12,643 nucleotides of DNA from Candidatus Hermodarchaeota archaeon. Lineage in GTDB: Archaea; Asgardarchaeota; Lokiarchaeia; Sigyniarchaeales; SOKP01. The translations under genes and the position numbers were made by a program. Below, one piece after another: positions 6,749 to 12,643 of the stretch. The stretch is taken from assembly GCA_048885525.1 (NCBI GenBank), contig JBHLLP010000067.1, positions 1 to 12,643 of the forward strand, in the 5' to 3' direction. Numbering within the stretch: position 1 is the first letter of the stretch; each line of letters starts with the position of its first letter. The notes under the pieces were generated by a model. It did not search any database. It was not told where the DNA came from and saw nothing but the letters and a program-made list of their open reading frames with translations.

Positions 6749-8272
6749 TTAAACATGATGATGCTCGTGATGTTTCATTTTGATATTAACCGGTTTCAAA
6801 TTGCCAATTGCCCAGCCAGTTACTTCATTAAGGGAAGGATGAATTACCATTGAATGGTATATAGGCATAAATGAGCCCGCTTCTGGACAAGCTCTTTCTA
6901 TTTTGGGGAGGTCTTTTTCATATTTATATTCGGGTAATGTACAAGTAAATCCTGAATTCATCAAATAAGCAAATGGTTGAACTAAGAGAGCTGCGTGAGG
7001 TCCAACTACGTGAGCACCTAAAATTTTGTACGATTTATCGACAATTAGTTTTACAAATCCATCATCTTCTTGCCCACTCTCAAATCCCATGGCAAATCCT
7101 TTTGCCACTGTTGAGTAATTCTTCATAGCAACAAAAATCTCGTGACCCTTCTCAATAGCTTCTGCTTGTGTCATTCCAACGTGACCAATTTGAGGATATG
7201 TAAAGATAGCCCATGGAACAGCAGAATAATCTACTGACCTTTTTTGATCTTCTGGACCAAATATGTTATTTGTACAAATTTCTGCTTCATAATTTGCCTT
7301 ATGTCGAAATTGATAAAGACCATTAGCATCCCCAATACACCAAATATTTATTTTATTGGTTTCTAAAAATTGGTTAGTTTTTATCCATCCCCTTTCATCA
7401 GTTACAATTCCCGTATTTTGTACCTTTAATAAATCTGCATTTGACTGACGTCCTGCCGCAATAAGAATTTCTTCTGCTATTATTTCTTTTTCTTTACCAG
7501 TCTCCATATTTTTAATCAAAACTGCCTTTTCTTTTTTCTTTTTATATGCTTTAATTGCTTTCTCATTCAACAGGACTTTCATATTTTTCCTAAAACTTTT
7601 TTCTAAGAATCGACTAATCTCGGGTTCTTCTGTTATAACTAGTCGTGGAAGCATCTCAACAATAGTTACTTCAGTACCAATTGCAGAGAAAATATGTGCA
7701 AATTCTGCTGCTATAACTCCACCACCGATAATTATAAGGCTCCTCCACGGTTTTTTTGGAAATCTATCACCAAAAAAGTTTTCAATAGTTATGTAGTCCA
7801 CATCTTCTATTCCCTGAATTGGTGGTATAAAAGATCTCGCTCCCGAGGCAATTACAAATCGCTCGCCTTTAAAATATCCTCTATCTTCCCCATTTTTAGC
7901 ATCTGTCACTTTCATCTCATATTCTCCAATAAATTCTCCAATCCCCTTATACACAGTTAGATTAGGCACTTCTGATAATCCTTGCTCAATCATTTTACTT
8001 TCATCAATTTGGGACCACATTCTTTCTGCAATTAAATCCCAATCAATATTTTCTATATTAAATTCAATTCCAACTTTTTTTGCATGTTGAGATTCTCGGA
8101 TTAAATCAGCTGGATGAACCAATACTTTTGAAGGAATACAACCACGTGTTAAACATGTACCTCCCATTTTAGTGTTTTCAACAAGAGCACAATTCAAACC
8201 TAATTGAAGTCCAGTATTTAAAACATTTAATCCAACTCCACTGCCTATAACAACTAAGTCATATGATTCCAT
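6749..8272 (-). CDS. Class-I pyridine nucleotide-disulfide oxidoreductase (dihydrolipoamide dehydrogenase / mycothione reductase-like)
   Basis: 507 aa. FAD motif VVIGSGVG, redox GGTCLTRGCIPSK, NAD(P) motif IIGGGVIAAEFAH, WCIGD, catalytic HPSLNE, and C-terminal HHEHHHV. Confidence 0.92.
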   Translation of the reverse strand: MESYDLVVIGSGVGLNVLNTGLQLGLNCALVENTKMGGTCLTRGCIPSKVLVHPADLIRESQHAKKVGIEFNIENIDWDLIAERMWSQIDESKMIEQGLSEVPNLTVYKGIGEFIGEYEMKVTDAKNGEDRGYFKGERFVIASGARSFIPPIQGIEDVDYITIENFFGDRFPKKPWRSLIIIGGGVIAAEFAHIFSAIGTEVTIVEMLPRLVITEEPEISRFLEKSFRKNMKVLLNEKAIKAYKKKKEKAVLIKNMETGKEKEIIAEEILIAAGRQSNADLLKVQNTGIVTDERGWIKTNQFLETNKINIWCIGDANGLYQFRHKANYEAEICTNNIFGPEDQKRSVDYSAVPWAIFTYPQIGHVGMTQAEAIEKGHEIFVAMKNYSTVAKGFAMGFESGQEDDGFVKLIVDKSYKILGAHVVGPHAALLVQPFAYLMNSGFTCTLPEYKYEKDLPKIERACPEAGSFMPIYHSMVIHPSLNEVTGWAIGNLKPVNIKMKHHEHHHV

Positions 8273-8389
8273 AATTTCATTTTTATCTATATCGCTTTTA
8301 AAGTTTATAGTAATAAATTAAAGGATAGGATTGAAAAAATTGATAAATAGCAATTTAAGAAAGCGATAGAGAAAGAATTTATTTGAAAA

Positions 8390-9907
8390 TTAATGATTAG
8401 TAGGAATTAAAACAATAAAATTACTTCCCTGATGATAATCCCCTTTGACTCTATCTTCAACCCAGATATACCCTTGATAAATGTCTATTATTTTTTTTAC
8501 TAGAGATAATCCAAGTCCCATTCCTTTACTTTTTTGTGATTTTTGTGTTCCTCTTTCAAAAATAGTTTTTTTACGATGATCCGAAATACCTACTCCGTTA
8601 TCTTTAAATTCCATTTTAATATAATTTTTATCTCCTTTTTGTTCTTTACTAATATCAATAGTTATTTCGATATTGGGGTTATTATTATGTCTAACAGCAT
8701 TGATCAATATGTTTTCGAATACATCTAACAGAAGATTATTTGCATATACATAATTTCTTTTAGTTGGGATATTAAGTTGGAAATTAATATTTCTTCTTTG
8801 AAAACTAGCATGCAAAAAATCAAGTGCCTTGTTCAAAACTCGATGTGTATCCACTTTTTCTAAAATAATTTCAGATTCGTCGACTTCAGTTATTTTTCTT
8901 ACATTTAATATCAACTTTTTTGCTCTGTTAACTTGTTCATCTACTATATCATACAATTCCTTTATTGTATGGAGTTTTTCAGGATTATTCAAATACAGAG
9001 AACTAAGTTCAACTGAGGAACTAATATTTTGAAGTATGTTGTTGATATCGTGGGCAAAAATATCTCTATAGAGATTAGCTTGATAATAAGCTTTTCGAAA
9101 TTTTTTTTCAGACTCTCTTAATCTCTGTTCCGCGATTTTACGTTCAGTAATATCTTTTACAACACTTACCCAGCCAATTCGTTCACCCTGTTTATTTTTA
9201 AGTGGTATAACACTATGTTCTGTAGGGAAAATAGAGCCGTCCTTTCGCTTCATTTTATACTCATAATTTCGAATATATCCAGATTTTTCAATCTCAGGGT
9301 ATAAATAATTTTGAAATTCCTTAAGGGAATCTTTGTTAATATGTAAAAATGCCGTTGTTTGATTTATAAACTCTTCTTGAGTATATCCGAAAATTTTTTC
9401 GGAACTTGGATTACATTTTATAATTCTTGGAGGTATTTCAGCATTTAAGATAAAAATAGAATCATGCAAACTGTTTAAAGTCATTTCTAATAATTGTTTG
9501 CTTTCAAATAAAGCTTCTGCTTCAACAAGTCTTGTCTGTTCTTCAAAAATGACAGCAATTTTTTCAGATGGTAATCTATAAATATACATTTTTGCCCATC
9601 CAGATACTCTATTATCTTGATATAATGCTGTTGGAAAATGTTCTGATCTGCCAGTTTTCCAAACTCTCCTTAAACTATCAATAAAACCAAAATGAGCTAC
9701 ATTAGGAAATAGATCTCTAAGATTTTTGCCTATAATCTCTTTTTTAGAAACTTGACAAATAGTTAAACCTGTATTATTCATTTGCCTTATTATGAAATTT
9801 TCACCATTATCATCAGTTTCATAAATTGCTACTCCACTTTTAATATTCTCTAAAAGTTCCTTAAAAATCTGATCAGTAGCATATAGTTCTGATTCAATCA
9901 ATTTCAT
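8390..9907 (-). CDS. Cytoplasmic PAS-PAS sensor histidine kinase
   Basis: 505 aa. Two PAS/PAC domains (NPSSEKIFGY..EEF; KRKDGSIFP; VVKDITERK), H-box FAHDINNILQ, N-box NILINAVRH, G1 DNGVGI and G2 GMGLGL. No TM or receiver domain. Confidence 0.93.
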   Translation of the reverse strand: MKLIESELYATDQIFKELLENIKSGVAIYETDDNGENFIIRQMNNTGLTICQVSKKEIIGKNLRDLFPNVAHFGFIDSLRRVWKTGRSEHFPTALYQDNRVSGWAKMYIYRLPSEKIAVIFEEQTRLVEAEALFESKQLLEMTLNSLHDSIFILNAEIPPRIIKCNPSSEKIFGYTQEEFINQTTAFLHINKDSLKEFQNYLYPEIEKSGYIRNYEYKMKRKDGSIFPTEHSVIPLKNKQGERIGWVSVVKDITERKIAEQRLRESEKKFRKAYYQANLYRDIFAHDINNILQNISSSVELSSLYLNNPEKLHTIKELYDIVDEQVNRAKKLILNVRKITEVDESEIILEKVDTHRVLNKALDFLHASFQRRNINFQLNIPTKRNYVYANNLLLDVFENILINAVRHNNNPNIEITIDISKEQKGDKNYIKMEFKDNGVGISDHRKKTIFERGTQKSQKSKGMGLGLSLVKKIIDIYQGYIWVEDRVKGDYHQGSNFIVLIPTNH

Positions 9908-10112
9908 ACACTTTTAATAGTTTATAAAATGGGACTAAATATTCTTATTTTTAGAAATAAATATTGTTGATTTAAATCTTACTCCCTTTTGAGTTTTAAA
10001 ACACTTATATAGTCTAATTATAATATTTAAATTTATATGTTAAAATATCGAATTTTTGCGTTCTCTTAAAGACTAACTAATTTTAGATTAACAAAATTCA
10101 CCATTTCATAAG

Positions 10113-10127
10113 AAAAAATAAAAAAAA
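10113..10127 (-). terminator. Oligo-T terminator (T8-A-T6)
   Basis: A-tracts on the + strand, 13 nt past the stop at 10141. Confidence 0.55.
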
Positions 10128-10140
10128 TAAATGTTATTAT

Positions 10141-11559
10141 CTATAATAACGAAGGTAAGAGTTTGATATTCTTTGATACTTTCACTGCACGAGTCTTTCC
10201 CTCTATAATTGTCCCATCTTCGGAGAGTAGGAAAATCTGAACGGTTTGTTCCCCGGTTTCTCTAGGTTCTAAAGTTAACCACGTTGTATCTCCATTTTCC
10301 AGCATTGTTGATAATACTCCAGCAATATCTCTACCTTCCGACGAAATTAACGGAATTGAAGTATTTGGAATCATAAAGGTACCTCTTCCTTCAACTTAAA
10401 CATCTAGCTTAAGTTTTGAAGGCTCAAATCCCGGTGCATTTATTTTAACTGTAAATTTCTTAGCTTCAGGAGAATTATTATACAAAAAGCAAAAAATGTT
10501 TAATTCGGTATTAAGATAAACCACCTCTTGAGCTGATGAGTCCATATAAATTGGATCATTTGATATTCGTACGATATTATCAGCTAGCTCTAGTTGTAAC
10601 CTGTCTATTATATCAAAAAATCCTGGATTGAATCGTTTTACATAATTAAATAATTTATTGATGTCATTCATGGAAAAATACCATCTTTCTTCCATGAATA
10701 TGCCCTTTTCAACGTTGAAAATATCTGAATCTACATTTATTATTTCTCTTAACTCTTGAATTAATTGATCTTTTGAAATAACTTCTTGAAATTTTAGATA
10801 ATAGAGAAACATTAGCTTTTCGATAGCGAATGTAATAGGTAATTCATCGGGTTCTTCTACTTTTATTTTTTGAATAAAAGTTGGCGTCAATATTTTATTT
10901 AGTTCAGCGAGATATTCATCCCATTTGAGAAATGTGACTGGATCTAAGTGATTTGAAAGAATTTCAGCAAAAAAGTTATCAAGGAAGATAGAATGAGTCG
11001 TAGGCTTGTAGAAATCCTGTAATCCATTCACGTCATGAATATTAAGGTTTAAACTACGAATTAAAATTGCTAGACCAAATCCAACTAATGCAAATCCTGC
11101 TGCTGCAAATCCTAAAATATCTTCAATTCCTAATAGCATTACAACAAATAATGCTAGAGCTATAAAACAAATGAATGATATAATTTTGAGTAAATTAGTT
11201 ACTCGCTTTACATTATTGGCTAACAAATCAAAACCATCAAGACTATCTATTGGTCTCCCTCTTTTTCTTTCAAAATTTAGACGCATTTTTAGTGAAGATT
11301 CTGTAGAATTAGCACCTAGTAATAACATTACTGAATTGAAGAAATAAACTGCCAGAATCGCATAAAAGATTATTGTCAAAGTGATATCAAGACGAGTGAA
11401 TAACGTAAGTATAGTAATTACTACAAGTACAATAGGAAGAGTGAAAAGCAATAATTTACCAACTTTGGACATATAGCTTATCATATTCCCTTGGAATTTT
11501 TCTTTTTTTAGAATTTTAACTAAATCTTTTTCTAGGCTTTTTTCCATATTATTTATCAT
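10141..11559 (-). pseudogene. Membrane protein (4 TM + large soluble region + beta-rich C-terminus) interrupted by one in-frame TAA at 10396-10398
   Basis: ORFs 10396..11559 and 10141..10374 are in the same frame: ...KLKLDV*VEGRGTFMIPNT.... The joined frame is 472 codons plus stop. An oligo-T terminator follows only the second stop. Confidence 0.7.
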
Positions 11560-11862
11560 CTTTTCTGTGAATATAATTTATCAAAATTATGTAGTTAGAA
11601 TAATAGAACTGTTTACTTTTAATATTATTGGATAAAATTTATGATGAAAAAATAAGAAAAAAATTTAGAAATCACGTAAATTTACGTAAATAAAGCTCCT
11701 TCGAAACTTAAAATAAATACAAACAGCATTAGCCGCATCAATTTTTCATTTTTGAGAAATCTCAATAAAGGAACATTAAGAATATTGTGTAAAGAATGGA
11801 ATTTCGATGAGATGATAAATATTGATTGATTTATTGATTATTAAATTAAACAAATTTTGAAT

Positions 11863-11876
11863 AAAAAAAAAAAAAA
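11863..11876 (-). terminator. Oligo-T terminator (T14)
   Basis: A14 on the + strand, 7 nt past the stop at 11884. Confidence 0.65.
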
Positions 11877-11883
11877 GATAAGA

Positions 11884-12642
11884 TTATTTTTCTGTTTTCC
11901 TTGTTATCAGAGCAAGTAAAATCCAAAATAGAACTGCAACAACAATAAATATGAGAATTATTATGCCTATATTTTGCAATAATGCTTGTTCAAACCCCAA
12001 TACAAATGCAAGATAGAAACAAATTACAGCTGCGACTGAAATCAATGTGAAAAGAATTATCCTTCCAAGAGTAGTTTGGAAAAATCCACCAGTTTCATCG
12101 AGCATCTCAGGATTTTCCATATATTTCAAATTGGTTTTCACGGGTTCTCGGACCTCTAATGTACCGAGTTCCATAAATTCGCTGGCCTTAACTCTTACGT
12201 TATTTACCCATCTTTCATGAAAGACAGACAAATATACTAGTGTAACTAAAAATGGAATTGCTGCACACATTCCGAGAATAAGACCAAACCAAATAAAAGT
12301 TGTGGAATATACTTGAATCGCAAGTGCTGGAGATTTCATTAAGTCTGAAACAGTAATTGCTGCACCCCCTTCCACTAAAAGAACAGAAGCAAATTCTTGA
12401 GCCAAATTATATACAATAACTATTCCAAAGAATCCGAGAATTTTACTTAATATTCCAGTTCTCAAATAATAGCCTAAACGGACAGAGTCTTGGTATTCAT
12501 TAACTCTGTAGGCTTGAGTATCTTCAGCGACCCAAAATACGGGCATAACGAACATGAGGATCAGCAAAGTAAACGGACCTAAATAAATCGTAAGATCAAT
12601 GATCATTTCCTCGATATTAGAATAGTAATCAGGATCCCACGC
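11884..12642 (-). CDS. Multi-pass membrane protein of unknown function, probably 5'-truncated by the window edge
   Basis: About five hydrophobic helices. The frame stays open upstream of the ATG at 12606 (AWDPDYYSNIEE-MIID) to the edge of the window. Confidence 0.75.
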   Translation of the reverse strand, partial: AWDPDYYSNIEEMIIDLTIYLGPFTLLILMFVMPVFWVAEDTQAYRVNEYQDSVRLGYYLRTGILSKILGFFGIVIVYNLAQEFASVLLVEGGAAITVSDLMKSPALAIQVYSTTFIWFGLILGMCAAIPFLVTLVYLSVFHERWVNNVRVKASEFMELGTLEVREPVKTNLKYMENPEMLDETGGFFQTTLGRIILFTLISVAAVICFYLAFVLGFEQALLQNIGIIILIFIVVAVLFWILLALITRKTEK

Positions 12643-12643
12643 A

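Noticed and set aside
7694-7960. 88-aa + strand ORF
   Set aside because: Lies wholly antisense within the well-supported oxidoreductase.
8543-9032. Two short + strand ORFs (61 and 67 aa)
   Set aside because: Antisense to the kinase catalytic domain, with composition typical of shadow frames.
9908-10110. Short AT palindromes (e.g. GATTTAAATC) upstream of the kinase
   Set aside because: Low complexity and not distinguishable from background.
11641-11820. Possible C/D-box sRNA (ATGATGA at 11641) or small minus-strand peptide MRLMLFVFILSFEGALFT
   Set aside because: No CTGA D box at a suitable distance; the peptide ORF is tiny, has no SD and has no other support.
1-12643. CRISPR array, tRNA/rRNA, IS element, integrase
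   Set aside because: No spaced repeats, GC-rich structured RNA, transposase ORF or terminal inverted repeats were seen.

Overview
This is an AT-rich archaeal window with every credible gene on the minus strand. The archaeal Cdc48, COG1777-like wHTH regulator, GGTGA/GGAGTGA ribosome-binding sites, BRE/TATA promoters, oligo-T terminators and soluble PAS-PAS kinase suggest an Asgard (Lokiarchaeia-like) genome, which is an inference. In transcription order (right to left) it contains: a 5'-truncated multi-pass membrane protein; a 4-TM protein whose 472-codon frame is split by one in-frame TAA; an orphan PAS-PAS histidine kinase; a mycothione-reductase/lipoamide-dehydrogenase-family flavoprotein with an extra Cys pair and a His-rich tail; an orphan gamma-class N6-adenine DNA methyltransferase; and a compact heat-shock/proteostasis cluster. 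That cluster is a divergent Hsp20, a Cdc48 ending in a HbYX motif, a Phr/HSR1-like repressor and a small HExxHxxGxxD zinc peptidase. Its promoter is readable from the sequence: BRE-TATA, a 9-5-9 inverted repeat with extra half-sites over the predicted start site, and a Shine-Dalgarno site. This candidate autoregulated chaperone/unfoldase/peptidase module is the most interesting element. No rRNA, tRNA, CRISPR array or mobile element was seen.
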